Shown piece by piece: positions 1 to 9,637 of a stretch of 64,000 bases of DNA (positions within the stretch are counted from its first letter, which is position 1; every line of letters begins with the position of its first letter). The DNA is from an uncultured Acidobacteriota bacterium (GTDB lineage: Bacteria; Acidobacteriota; UBA6911). Location: positions 126,085-190,084 of the forward strand of contig CAWJKZ010000026.1 in the NCBI GenBank assembly GCA_963843575.1, given 5' to 3'. The notes beneath the pieces are model-generated. The model did not search any database. It was not told the DNA's origin and saw nothing but the letters and a program-made list of their open reading frames with translations. The translations under genes were made by a program, and so were the position numbers.

Positions 1-2342
1 TCTGGATCGGGGAGTACGACGTGACGCGCCGCTTCGTCACCCGCGCGCTCAAACAGCAGGACAACAGCTACAGGTTCGAATTCCAGCACGATCTGCGCTT
101 CGGCGGATCCGCCTCCACCGGAAGGGTGCGACGATTCGACCGCACCAAGCGCGAAGTCGGCACCGTGTCGTTCAAGGGGGGAACGGCCCTGGGCGAGAAA
201 CGGCTGCAATCCAGGCTGAACTTCAAGAGCGGGGACCGTTATGACTTCACCAAAGTTCAGAAAGCGAGGGAAGATCTGAGGGGCTACTTCGCCTCGGAGG
301 GGCGGCTCGAGTCAAAAGTCTCGGTCAGCAGGAGCGGGGAAGACGGCAAGGTCGACCTGGCCTTTGCCGTGACGCCGGGACCGCGGGTCCGCTTCTTCTT
401 CGACGGGGATCCCGCACCGCGCGGTGCGGCCGAGAAGGTCGCCAGCGTCTGGAGCGACGGTGTTTTCGATCTGCAGCGTGTTCAGGATGCGGTGCAAGCC
501 ATACGCCGCTCCCTGATCGCCGAAGGGTATCTGCAGTCCGACGTCCGTTACCGCATAGAGCAGGAGGGAGAGGCGAAGGATGTCCACTTCACCATCCGAC
601 GGGGTGCGACGTTTCACGACGTCCAACTCGTCTTCAGCGGGAACTCGGACGTCGAGTCGGCGGAACTGCGGCACCAGATCGTCGCGGCGAAGCTGGAGAA
701 CGCGGTCTACAACGATCCGTCCCAAGTTGTCGACCTGCTGGCGAACTATTACCGAACCCAGGGCTACACTCACGCCAAGGTGGAGTCGCCGAAACTGGAC
801 TTGAACCCGTCGACGGGCTCCGGACGTGTCGAGATCCCGATCAAGGAGGGTCCCCGGTTCAGGATAGGGCAGGTCGTTTTCCAGGGAAACACCCTCTCCG
901 ACGATACCCTCAGGCGAGCCTCGGCTCTCGGCACCGGGACCATTTTCGCCGCGAGGGAGGTTGACGGTGCCCTGGAACGGATCGACCGCTTCTATCACAG
1001 CCGCGGGTATAACGATGCGACCTTCGACTACGAAACCCTGCTCGACGACAGCACCGGTCTTGCCGAAGTGCGGTTCCGGATCGAGGAGCGACGACGGACC
1101 GTGATCCAGAGCATCGTGGTGCAAGGTAATGAACGGACCCCGACCTCGTTCGTGCGCAAACAGTTGAGCATCTCGGAAGGGGAAATTCTCGATCCCGAGG
1201 CGATCGCTCGTTCCCGCCGGGCGCTCTACGATACCGGGGTGTTCACTCTGGTCGATTTCGACACGCAACCAGCCGATGCCGTTTCACCGGCGGGAAACAC
1301 GAAACGGGTGGACATCACGGTCAAGCTGCGCGAGGTCAAACCGTACCGTTTCCGTTATGGGGGATTCTACGATACCGACCGCGGCGCTGGTTTCACGGGG
1401 GACATCTCCAACCGCAATTTTCTCGGGCGCGCCGCCGTCGTCGGGCTGCACACGCGCTACGACGGAACGATGAAGGAGGCCCGCACCTATTTCGGGCAGC
1501 CGTTCACATTCGGCATTCCGCTACAGACCAATGTCACGGCGTTCGTCCAGCGGGAGTCGCGCCCGGCCTACACCCTCGACAGGGTCGGCGCTTCCCTGGT
1601 CCAGGAAAAACAACTGCACGACCGCTATATCCTGAACTATGGCTACCGGTATGAACGGGTCAAGGCTCCGCAGGGCTTACCCGACCCCCTGCTCCGATTC
1701 ACGAGCATGGTGCCGCTGGCACGCCTGACTGCGAGCATCACGGGGGATACGCGCGATGACATGCTCGACGCCACCCGCGGCTCGTTTCACTCGCAGGCCC
1801 TCGAGTACGCACCGGGGCTGCTCGGCGGGGATGCCCGCTTCGTGAAGTACTTCGGCCAGTATTTCCGCTACGTGCCCTTGAGCCGTCCTCAGAGGTTGTC
1901 CTCAGGCCGCGTCGTGCCCCGCTTCGTGTATGCAGGCGCGCTGCGCATCGGGCTATCCAAGGGCTTGGGAGGCCAGGAAGTGATCACGCCGGAGCGGTTT
2001 TTCGCCGGCGGCGGGACCACGATGCGCGGATTCCGGCAGGACCGCCTCGGCCCGCTGGACGAAAACGGCAGGCCCGAGGGGGGGGAAGCCATGTTCCTCT
2101 TGAACAACGAGGTACGCCTGCCGTTGTTTGCGATCTTCGGCGGCGTCGGCTTCGTCGACATCGGGAATGTCTACCCCAGCGTTCGGGATTTCAATCCCTT
2201 CGATGTGCGAAAATCGGCCGGCGTGGGGCTGCGCGTCCGTACGGGGTACGTGGTCATCCGGGCGGATTACGGCGTCAAGCTCGATCGCAGAACCGGCGAG
2301 AGCCGGGGAGCCCTTTTCTTCAGCATAGGCCAGGCCTACTAG
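1..2342 (+). CDS. BamA/TamA (Omp85) family outer-membrane protein with several POTRA domains, 5'-partial
   Basis: Frame is open from the window start. POTRA-like repeats (FxGN...YxxxGY), barrel motif RFFAGGGTTMRGF, and C-terminal FFSIGQAY. Confidence 0.9.
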   Translation, partial: WIGEYDVTRRFVTRALKQQDNSYRFEFQHDLRFGGSASTGRVRRFDRTKREVGTVSFKGGTALGEKRLQSRLNFKSGDRYDFTKVQKAREDLRGYFASEGRLESKVSVSRSGEDGKVDLAFAVTPGPRVRFFFDGDPAPRGAAEKVASVWSDGVFDLQRVQDAVQAIRRSLIAEGYLQSDVRYRIEQEGEAKDVHFTIRRGATFHDVQLVFSGNSDVESAELRHQIVAAKLENAVYNDPSQVVDLLANYYRTQGYTHAKVESPKLDLNPSTGSGRVEIPIKEGPRFRIGQVVFQGNTLSDDTLRRASALGTGTIFAAREVDGALERIDRFYHSRGYNDATFDYETLLDDSTGLAEVRFRIEERRRTVIQSIVVQGNERTPTSFVRKQLSISEGEILDPEAIARSRRALYDTGVFTLVDFDTQPADAVSPAGNTKRVDITVKLREVKPYRFRYGGFYDTDRGAGFTGDISNRNFLGRAAVVGLHTRYDGTMKEARTYFGQPFTFGIPLQTNVTAFVQRESRPAYTLDRVGASLVQEKQLHDRYILNYGYRYERVKAPQGLPDPLLRFTSMVPLARLTASITGDTRDDMLDATRGSFHSQALEYAPGLLGGDARFVKYFGQYFRYVPLSRPQRLSSGRVVPRFVYAGALRIGLSKGLGGQEVITPERFFAGGGTTMRGFRQDRLGPLDENGRPEGGEAMFLLNNEVRLPLFAIFGGVGFVDIGNVYPSVRDFNPFDVRKSAGVGLRVRTGYVVIRADYGVKLDRRTGESRGALFFSIGQAY

Positions 2343-2490
2343 ACCCCTGAAGTGCGTGAAGCATGGAGCGCGCCGCCTGCGGTGGCGTCGAGCCGCCCGT
2401 TCCGCGATCCGGCCGATACTGGAACTCTCTTCGGGGACTGGCTATAGTGGTGCGGAGTCGTTCTCTCAAACCCGTTCCGGGGGTGTCCCC

Positions 2491-3477
2491 ATGCACGTTT
2501 TCGAACTGACCCGCCGACTTATCGAAATAGAGTCGATCACAGACAACGAGAAATCCGTGGCTCATTTCCTGTCCGAGTACCTCGTCGGCCTCGGCTATGA
2601 AGTGAACCTGCAGGAAGCAGCCCCAGGCCGATTCAACGTGCAGGCGCTGGCGGGCACGCCCGACGTGGTCTTTACGTCGCACATCGACACGGTGCCTCCT
2701 TACCTCCCGTTCGGTGAAGACGGGGAATACCTCTACGGCCGGGGCGCGTGCGATGCCAAGGGCATCGTGGCCGCTCAGATCGAGGCCGTCGAACGTCTGA
2801 AAGCCAGCGGGGAACGCCGCCTCGGGCTCCTGTTCGTGGTCGGGGAGGAACGTAACAGCGCCGGAGCGCTCCACGCAAACCTGCACCCGGTGGGATCCCG
2901 GTGTTTCATCGACGGGGAACCGACAGAAAACAAACTCGCCATCGGGTCCAAAGGATCGCTCAGGATCGAAATCTGCGCGACCGGGAAGGCGGCCCACTCC
3001 GCTTACCCGCACATGGGGGAATCCGCGATCCTGAAGCTGCTCGACATTCTGCAGGACTTCCGCAGCATGCACTTCGAACCCGATCCGGTGCTCGGCACAA
3101 CGACGTTCAACATTGGCACTCTGGAGGGCGGGACCAAGCCCAACATCGTTCCCGACCGCGCCCGGGCCGAGGTCATGTTCCGGTTTGTGGAGCCGTGCGA
3201 GGATCTGAAGAAGCGGATCGAGGCTGTCATTGGGGGACGCGCGGCCTTTCGCTACCCCTTCGAGGTCCCGATAGTCCGAATGAACGTGGCCGAGGGATTC
3301 GAAACCACCGTAGTTTCGTTCTCGAGCGACGTGCCGTTCCTCACCGCGTGGGGTCGTCCGTACCTGCTCGGCCCCGGCTCAATCCTCGACGCGCACACGG
3401 CTCACGAACGGATCTCAAAAGCGGAGCTCCTGCGCGGGGTCGAGCTGTACGTCGAGCTGGCGCGCTCTCTATTGTGA
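2491..3477 (+). CDS. M20/M25/M40 family metallohydrolase (ArgE/DapE-like deacylase)
   Basis: Motifs SHIDTV, YGRGACDAKG, VGEE, GEPT, GKAAHS, AHTAHE. Confidence 0.88.
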   Translation: MHVFELTRRLIEIESITDNEKSVAHFLSEYLVGLGYEVNLQEAAPGRFNVQALAGTPDVVFTSHIDTVPPYLPFGEDGEYLYGRGACDAKGIVAAQIEAVERLKASGERRLGLLFVVGEERNSAGALHANLHPVGSRCFIDGEPTENKLAIGSKGSLRIEICATGKAAHSAYPHMGESAILKLLDILQDFRSMHFEPDPVLGTTTFNIGTLEGGTKPNIVPDRARAEVMFRFVEPCEDLKKRIEAVIGGRAAFRYPFEVPIVRMNVAEGFETTVVSFSSDVPFLTAWGRPYLLGPGSILDAHTAHERISKAELLRGVELYVELARSLL

Positions 3478-4491
3478 CGATTCCGGTATGCCGCGCTGCA
3501 AGGCACGGCGCTGGGCGTGGAGGTTGCGCTCAGGGGTCAGGTCAGGGATCTCGCATCCGGCGGCACTGATGCAGCGAGTTCCGCCGCCCCGTAGGCACTC
3601 CGCCACGGCCTGGCACACCTGGTCCTCGCTCCCGCGCAGCATGATCTCCACCGGGTCGAAGTTCCCGCAAAGCGCCGGCCCGGTGGCGCCATAGCACTCG
3701 GCGGCACTCCTCAAGTCGACCATCCAGTCGAGGTCGACGATGTCGGCGCCCGTCTGGCCCATCAGCGCGACGATATGCGTCGTGTCGCCGCAGATGTGCA
3801 GCCGGCATATCGCGCCCATTTCCCGCACCGCGCGGAAAATCCGTTGTTCGCCAGGCAAGGCGAATCTGGCGTACATGCCGGGAGACACCTGCGAGGCGAT
3901 GGCGTCTCCTAGCCCGATGATATCCGCTCCTGCCTCGACTTGCGCTCTCGCGAACGCGATTTGCGCCACTGTGCAGACCTCGAGCAGTTCCTGTACCCAC
4001 GCCGGCCGGTCGTACAGATCCATCATCAAGGCTGTGTCGCCCCTGAGCACGTTGGCCAGCGCCAGTGCCCCCTCGACCCAACCCATGACGGGCAGCTCCC
4101 CGGTTGCGCGCTCGTGGAGCAGGCGCACTCCCTCCAGCCGGTCGCTCATGCGCCGGCCGTCCGCCGGCGCCGGTATACGGAGGCGAGCCAGGTCCGCCGG
4201 TTCGACCAGCAGCGGGTGCCGCCGGAGCGGCAGGCCGTCCGGCGGGAATTCTATCTCGGTTCCGCAATCCGCCGCTTCTCGGTAGGGATCCGAGATGGCC
4301 TGCACGATATCCAGGCCGAATTTTTCGGCCGTCGCTAGGTTCGCCCGGGTCAGAACGCGGTAATCCAGGTAAAAGGAGGCCAGTGGCTCCCCGATCTGGT
4401 GAGCCGCGAAGGCCATCACGATGTCGAAGTTTGGTGCCCGGTCCACCGCTTCGCCGCGGATCCTGCTTGCCAGCCGCGCGACTGAATTCAC
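3469..4491 (-). CDS. Uroporphyrinogen decarboxylase family protein (MtaA/CmuA-like methyltransferase fold)
   Basis: LHICG, GNFDP and C-terminal AAGCEIP motifs. GGAGG upstream of a GTG start. Confidence 0.85.
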   Translation of the reverse strand: MNSVARLASRIRGEAVDRAPNFDIVMAFAAHQIGEPLASFYLDYRVLTRANLATAEKFGLDIVQAISDPYREAADCGTEIEFPPDGLPLRRHPLLVEPADLARLRIPAPADGRRMSDRLEGVRLLHERATGELPVMGWVEGALALANVLRGDTALMMDLYDRPAWVQELLEVCTVAQIAFARAQVEAGADIIGLGDAIASQVSPGMYARFALPGEQRIFRAVREMGAICRLHICGDTTHIVALMGQTGADIVDLDWMVDLRSAAECYGATGPALCGNFDPVEIMLRGSEDQVCQAVAECLRGGGTRCISAAGCEIPDLTPERNLHAQRRALQRGIPESSQ

Positions 4492-4673
4492 TTTTCCTAA
4501 CCTCCGAACCCGGCAGAATTGCGGCTCATGGTAGCGCAATTACGCGGTTTTGACACCAACTTGAAACGAGGGTTTGACTTGCTCTTAGCCCGCGCCTGAT
4601 GTATTTTGCCGTGCGTAGGAGTTTGCCGCCCGGCGAGGCGGTTGCCCCCCAACTCGAATCAAGGATTTTATCA

Positions 4674-4973
4674 ATGTCCGACAGGTTGATCGAACTGGCT
4701 CTCGAAACCCTTGAGCTGCGTAAGGCTGCCATCCAGGCGGAGATTGAACAACTGAGAGCCCAACTGAAGTCCCAGGGCACGGCTCGCCCTGCAAGCGGAG
4801 CTACGCGGGCGCCCAAGAAGGCCGTGCGCGCCCAAAGAGGCCCCAGGTCCGCCTCCGCACGCAAGGCGCAGAGCGAGCGTATGAAGGAATTTTGGGCCAA
4901 GAAAAAAGCGGAGGCGGCCGGCAAGAACAACAAGCCCGCAGCCAGTCCCGCCAAGAAGAACGGCAAAGAGTAA
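4674..4973 (+). CDS. Small basic Lys/Ala/Arg-rich protein (coiled coil plus histone-like tail)
   Basis: LELRKAAIQAEIEQLRAQL coiled coil followed by SASARKAQSERMKEFWAKKK. Confidence 0.7.
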   Translation: MSDRLIELALETLELRKAAIQAEIEQLRAQLKSQGTARPASGATRAPKKAVRAQRGPRSASARKAQSERMKEFWAKKKAEAAGKNNKPAASPAKKNGKE

Positions 4974-5143
4974 CAAGGTCGCCACAAAGGACTCCAATCG
5001 GCCAATTTGTCACGTGACAGGCAGTGGGTATCGGTCTGTCTCGGGTGCCTGTGACCGGTTTCGGCAGTGCGCACCCGATATCGACTATTGGCGGCGCGGC
5101 CGCTGATTTGGATTAAAATGCTCGCTTTCCGGCGAGTGTACCG

Positions 5144-6877
5144 ATGTCCAATGCACGCACGGGCTCAGAAGAAAAACCGGCCGCTCCGGGTTTGCTCGGA
5201 CTCGTGGTCACCCTCGGGGTGGTCGCATTCGTCTACCGGGAGGCGTTCCTGGGTTTCTTCGTGCAGGACGACTACGGCTGGCTCGAGTCGTCGCGCTTCG
5301 GGGGAATCGGGGAGTACCTCCAGTGCTTTTTCCGGTTCAACCCGGCCCTGACCTACCGTCCCCTAAGCCAGGAGACGTTCTTCTGGGCGGGGCAGCATTT
5401 CTTCGGGCTTGACCCTGCAGGGTTTCACGCCGTCAGCTTCGCCTTCCACTTGGCCGGCTGCATTCTTCTTTACGCGCTGCTGCGCCAATTCTTCGATCCT
5501 CTCCCCTGCCTCGCCGGTACCCTCGTCTACGGAGTGCACGGGGCGCACCTGCGCTCCGTCTACTGGATCTCCGCTCTGCCCGAGCCGATGGCACTCTGTT
5601 TTTATCTGGCCGCCGTGCTTCTCTTCATACGGTTTGACCGGACCGGCAACCGCACTCCCTTTCTGTTGAGTGTCGTCGCAATGGGACTCGGAATGATGTC
5701 CAAGGAATCGATCCTGACAGTTCCCCTGGTACTCGCCGCCTACGCGCTGCTTTTTTCTCCGCGCCGGCTCTTGTGGACCGCGCCGTTCTTCCTGATGTCC
5801 GGAGCCTACACTGTCCTGCGGCTCACCAGCGAAGCGGTCAAGGCGGCTCCCTATCCTCTGACCTTCGGACGAGCAGCCTGGAGCAATCTGATGGCCTACG
5901 CCTCATGGGCGTCCGGCCTGACCGAAACAATGCTCAAGGTGAAACTGGGCTGGGGGGCCGAAGCGCTCTATCCGCGTGTCGCCGCCGGGTTCGCGGCGGC
6001 GGCCGGCATCCTCTTTGTCGTGGCGCGCCAGAAGAGAGTGGCGGGTCTGGCGTTGCTTTGGTTTCTGTTGGCTCTTCAGCCGGTCCTTTACTTCTGGCAG
6101 CACATCGATCCCTACTACCTGGCCCCCTCGCTCGCAGGCTTGGCACTCCTGGTCGCGGCCGCCTGCCCCGCGACATTGTCTCGAAAGGCGCTGGCCCGCG
6201 GTCTGCCTGTGGCGCTGGCAGTCGGATTTACCGTCTGGAGCTCGGTTGCCGGGGTGAAGCTCGAAGGACGCTGGTGGAACACGCGTTCGCTCGAGGGGCG
6301 TAACATCCTCCGCCGGATGCCTGAAGTGGATCGACAGGTGCCACCCGGGCGGATCGCTTACCTGTTCGGTTTCACCGAGAGCCAGTTCGGAGTCATGCAG
6401 CGGGATGCTGCCCTCAAAGCCTTCGGGTTCTCGCCCGGACGTTTCATTCTCGTCGGGCTGGACCCCGATACGCCCTGGCAGATCCGGAACCTTGAACGAC
6501 ACGGGGGACTGAGGGACTATCACTGTTTCGTTTACCGGGGCGGCGAGTTCGTCAACATGACCGAGGCTTTTCGCCGTCGCCCGGGCAGGTTCCTTGTCCC
6601 CGTGGGGTTGAGGGTGAGCCCGCTCGACGTGCAGGCTGGGCGGGACACCCTGATGCTAACGACGTTGAACCTCGACGCTCGCGCAATAGACGTCCAGTAC
6701 ACGCTCGACGGCAAGGAAATGCCGCCGATCCTGTTCTGGCCTCTGAACAAGGGCGGCACCGCCACCTTGCGTGTGGACGCCAGCACGCGGAAGGGCGAAT
6801 ACCATTTCACCGCAATCCGCGATGCCGAGGAGCGCGAAGCCTGGTATCCCGTCGACATTCGCGTAACCGTGCGATGA
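5144..6877 (+). CDS. GT-C membrane glycosyltransferase (PMT/ArnT-like) with C-terminal beta-rich domain
   Basis: N-terminal QDDY and YRPL motifs, SKE motif, many TM segments. Confidence 0.75.
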   Translation: MSNARTGSEEKPAAPGLLGLVVTLGVVAFVYREAFLGFFVQDDYGWLESSRFGGIGEYLQCFFRFNPALTYRPLSQETFFWAGQHFFGLDPAGFHAVSFAFHLAGCILLYALLRQFFDPLPCLAGTLVYGVHGAHLRSVYWISALPEPMALCFYLAAVLLFIRFDRTGNRTPFLLSVVAMGLGMMSKESILTVPLVLAAYALLFSPRRLLWTAPFFLMSGAYTVLRLTSEAVKAAPYPLTFGRAAWSNLMAYASWASGLTETMLKVKLGWGAEALYPRVAAGFAAAAGILFVVARQKRVAGLALLWFLLALQPVLYFWQHIDPYYLAPSLAGLALLVAAACPATLSRKALARGLPVALAVGFTVWSSVAGVKLEGRWWNTRSLEGRNILRRMPEVDRQVPPGRIAYLFGFTESQFGVMQRDAALKAFGFSPGRFILVGLDPDTPWQIRNLERHGGLRDYHCFVYRGGEFVNMTEAFRRRPGRFLVPVGLRVSPLDVQAGRDTLMLTTLNLDARAIDVQYTLDGKEMPPILFWPLNKGGTATLRVDASTRKGEYHFTAIRDAEEREAWYPVDIRVTVR

Positions 6878-9612
6878 TGCGAAAACTCTACCCGGTTTTC
6901 TTTTTTGCGGCCGCGACGGTGCTCGTCTTCTGGAAGGTCATCTTCCACGAGGAGTTCACTCTCCTTGTCGGCGGCGACATGGCCTCGTCCTACTACCCCT
7001 GGTTCGAGGTCGCGTCCTACTGGCTCAAGCGAGGAGTCTTTATGCTCTGGGACCCCTACGTCTATGCCGGCAAGGTGAACATGGGAGAACCCCAGCCCGG
7101 GATTTTCTACCCGCTGAACTGGCTATTCATGCTGCTTCCGTCCAAGGGGAGCGGCGTCAGTCTCGGCGGGTTGCAGGCGCTGCTCATCCTGGACTATTTC
7201 CTCGCGGGCCTGTTTACCTACCTCCTAGCCCGTTCCATGGGCATGTCGGGGGCGGGGGCTGCCTTGGCCGGTCTGGCGTTTGCCTATGGCGGACAGGTCG
7301 CCCATCTCTACGGGTATGTGAACGTCCTGAGCGGCTTCGTCTGGATGCCACTGGCCCTTGTCTTCTTCCGGCGCGCGCTCTCGGCGGCAACCTGGACGTC
7401 GCGCCTCAGGGGCGTGGCCGGGGCCGGCTCGTGCCTGGCGCTGGCCTTTTTGCCGGGACACCACGTCCCAGCCTTGCACACGGGATTCCTGCTGCTGCTC
7501 GTCGCCGCGTTTGTTCTCGTCACCCGGGGTACGCCCCGCCTGTCCGACGCGCTGCGGGTGTCGCTCCTCCTCGGCCTGACCGCGCTGACTTCGTTGTCAC
7601 TGACTGTATTCCAGTGGCTCCCGTCGGCGCAGTGGGCGCGCACCGTATTCCGCTGGGTGGGGATGGGTCCGCCGGTCCGCTGGGGCGAGAGCGTCCCGTA
7701 TTCGATCCTGCAGCAGACCTCCAACGCCAGCCCCCAGGATGCACTCTCGCTGGTTCTGCCGTATGTCACCACCGGTGCGAACCTCTACACGGGCGGCCTG
7801 GTCATCTTCCTTGCATTGGTCGCCTTGCTCTTCGTGCGGAAACGCGAGGCCTGGTTTCTTGGTTTCACAGCGATCCTTTATTTCTTCCTGAGCTTGGGTC
7901 GCTTTTCTGTGCTGCATGGCTGGGTGAATACATTCGTCCCCGGTCTGTGGTTTGCGCGTGAGCTGTTCTACTACCTGGTGCCGATGCAACTGTGCATCGC
8001 GCTTCTCGCGGGCTGGGGACTCGATTGCATCGTCGAGGGTCCCGGCACCGCAGCCGACCGCGTGTTCGAGGGTTTCCTGAGAAAAGCCAGCTGGTGTCTG
8101 GCCGTCCTCGTCCTCGGCTCGGCGGCGCTGATCGCGTTCCTCTTCCTTCACCAGAGACTGCCCATGGCCCACCCGTTCATCACGGCGGTCGCGGGGCTGG
8201 CTTCCCATCTCTTTGTGCTCGGCCTACTGCTGTTTTATTTCAAGAGGGGGCGCATTGGGCCACGGGTCTTCGCGAGCTCCCTCGTGCTCCTCGTGCTGGT
8301 CGACCTGGGTTCGCATCTCGCCATCGACATTAGAACGAAGTCTTCCCCTCCCGGAGAGAAGAACACATACGTGCGGGCGTTCTGGAGCATGCCCGCCCCG
8401 GCCGAGCGGCTCAAGGCGATGCGCCAGGCGGAGTATTTCCGGGTCGACGACCCGTCGGGTATCTTCCCCCCAAATTACGGCGACGCCTGGCGCCTGGATG
8501 CGACCATGGGGCACGGGGCCACGGCCCTGGTCGACTACTTCGATTTCCGAGGCACCGGTTGGGAACCTGCGTCGAATGCTTCGGCGCTTCTGAATGTGGC
8601 TTACTTCCCGAGCCGAACCGAGGTGACCGGCATGGAACGGCTCGGGGGAGAGGGAGTGGCGATATACCGAAATCCCCGCGCCGTTCCGCGCGCCTTCGTG
8701 CCGTCGCGTTTCCGCTGCTTCTCCAAGCGCGAGGAGTTGCTGTCGTGGCTGGCATCCCCCCTGTTCGACCCTCGGGGAACCGTCCTGTTGGACTGCGCCG
8801 ACCTCGGCACGCTGCCCCTGGAGTACAGGGCGCCCGAGTGGCGGGACGACGACGGCGTCGAGGTCAGGCTGACACACCGGCGTACCGCCGGGGATCAGGC
8901 CGCCGCTGGGCTCGCCGAGGACAAGCGCCCGGAGTTCGCGAAGTACCAACCCCCTCCAGGCTGGAGTGTCGGAGACGAGCTTTCCTTCGAACTTGATCCT
9001 TCCCAGGAGACGCGATTCTTTCTCGTCGTAGGCTACCGCCCCGTGCGGGGGGCGGCATCGCGGTTGCGCCTGCTCCTGGAGGGCGCCGGGGAAAAGCGCG
9101 AGATCTACGCCGATCTTCCCGGCAGCGTCGCCGAGGGGCCGGGGCAGTGGCTGAGGGCGAGTGCCGACCTGGGGATTTTGCGGCGCTTCCCCTACAAGCT
9201 GTCGCTGAAAAAAGACGAGCGGTGCACCGCGCTGCTGGACAGCTTCCGGGTGGCGCGCTCGGTGTTCCCGCCGGACCAGGAACAGGCGGGAACCGTAAGG
9301 GTGACGTCCCTCAGGCCGAATGTCGTCCGGCTCAAGGCGCAATTGCGCCGTCCGGGATTCGTGGTCCTGAGCGAGGTGAACTACCCCGGCTGGGAGGCGC
9401 GAGTCGACGGCAAGCCGGCGCCGCTTCTGACTGGCGACTACATTCTGCGCACGCTGCCCGTCCCGGCCGGGGAGCACGACATCGAACTCACCTTCCGGCC
9501 CGCGGCCTTCCGCTGGGGGCTGGTGCTGAGTCTGTTGTTCCTCGCGGCCATGCTGGCTTTCCTGGCGTGCGGCCGAAGTTCGAAACCGTCCCGTCTCGAC
9601 CCCTTCCAATAA
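6874..9612 (+). CDS. YfhO family GT-C membrane protein
   Basis: LWDPYVYAG...FYPL near the N-terminus. C-terminal LSEVNYPGWEARVDG...VPAGEHDIELTF. Confidence 0.88.
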   Translation: MMRKLYPVFFFAAATVLVFWKVIFHEEFTLLVGGDMASSYYPWFEVASYWLKRGVFMLWDPYVYAGKVNMGEPQPGIFYPLNWLFMLLPSKGSGVSLGGLQALLILDYFLAGLFTYLLARSMGMSGAGAALAGLAFAYGGQVAHLYGYVNVLSGFVWMPLALVFFRRALSAATWTSRLRGVAGAGSCLALAFLPGHHVPALHTGFLLLLVAAFVLVTRGTPRLSDALRVSLLLGLTALTSLSLTVFQWLPSAQWARTVFRWVGMGPPVRWGESVPYSILQQTSNASPQDALSLVLPYVTTGANLYTGGLVIFLALVALLFVRKREAWFLGFTAILYFFLSLGRFSVLHGWVNTFVPGLWFARELFYYLVPMQLCIALLAGWGLDCIVEGPGTAADRVFEGFLRKASWCLAVLVLGSAALIAFLFLHQRLPMAHPFITAVAGLASHLFVLGLLLFYFKRGRIGPRVFASSLVLLVLVDLGSHLAIDIRTKSSPPGEKNTYVRAFWSMPAPAERLKAMRQAEYFRVDDPSGIFPPNYGDAWRLDATMGHGATALVDYFDFRGTGWEPASNASALLNVAYFPSRTEVTGMERLGGEGVAIYRNPRAVPRAFVPSRFRCFSKREELLSWLASPLFDPRGTVLLDCADLGTLPLEYRAPEWRDDDGVEVRLTHRRTAGDQAAAGLAEDKRPEFAKYQPPPGWSVGDELSFELDPSQETRFFLVVGYRPVRGAASRLRLLLEGAGEKREIYADLPGSVAEGPGQWLRASADLGILRRFPYKLSLKKDERCTALLDSFRVARSVFPPDQEQAGTVRVTSLRPNVVRLKAQLRRPGFVVLSEVNYPGWEARVDGKPAPLLTGDYILRTLPVPAGEHDIELTFRPAAFRWGLVLSLLFLAAMLAFLACGRSSKPSRLDPFQ

Positions 9613-9637
9613 GGCCGGCTTCGGGCGTGCGGTTCGG

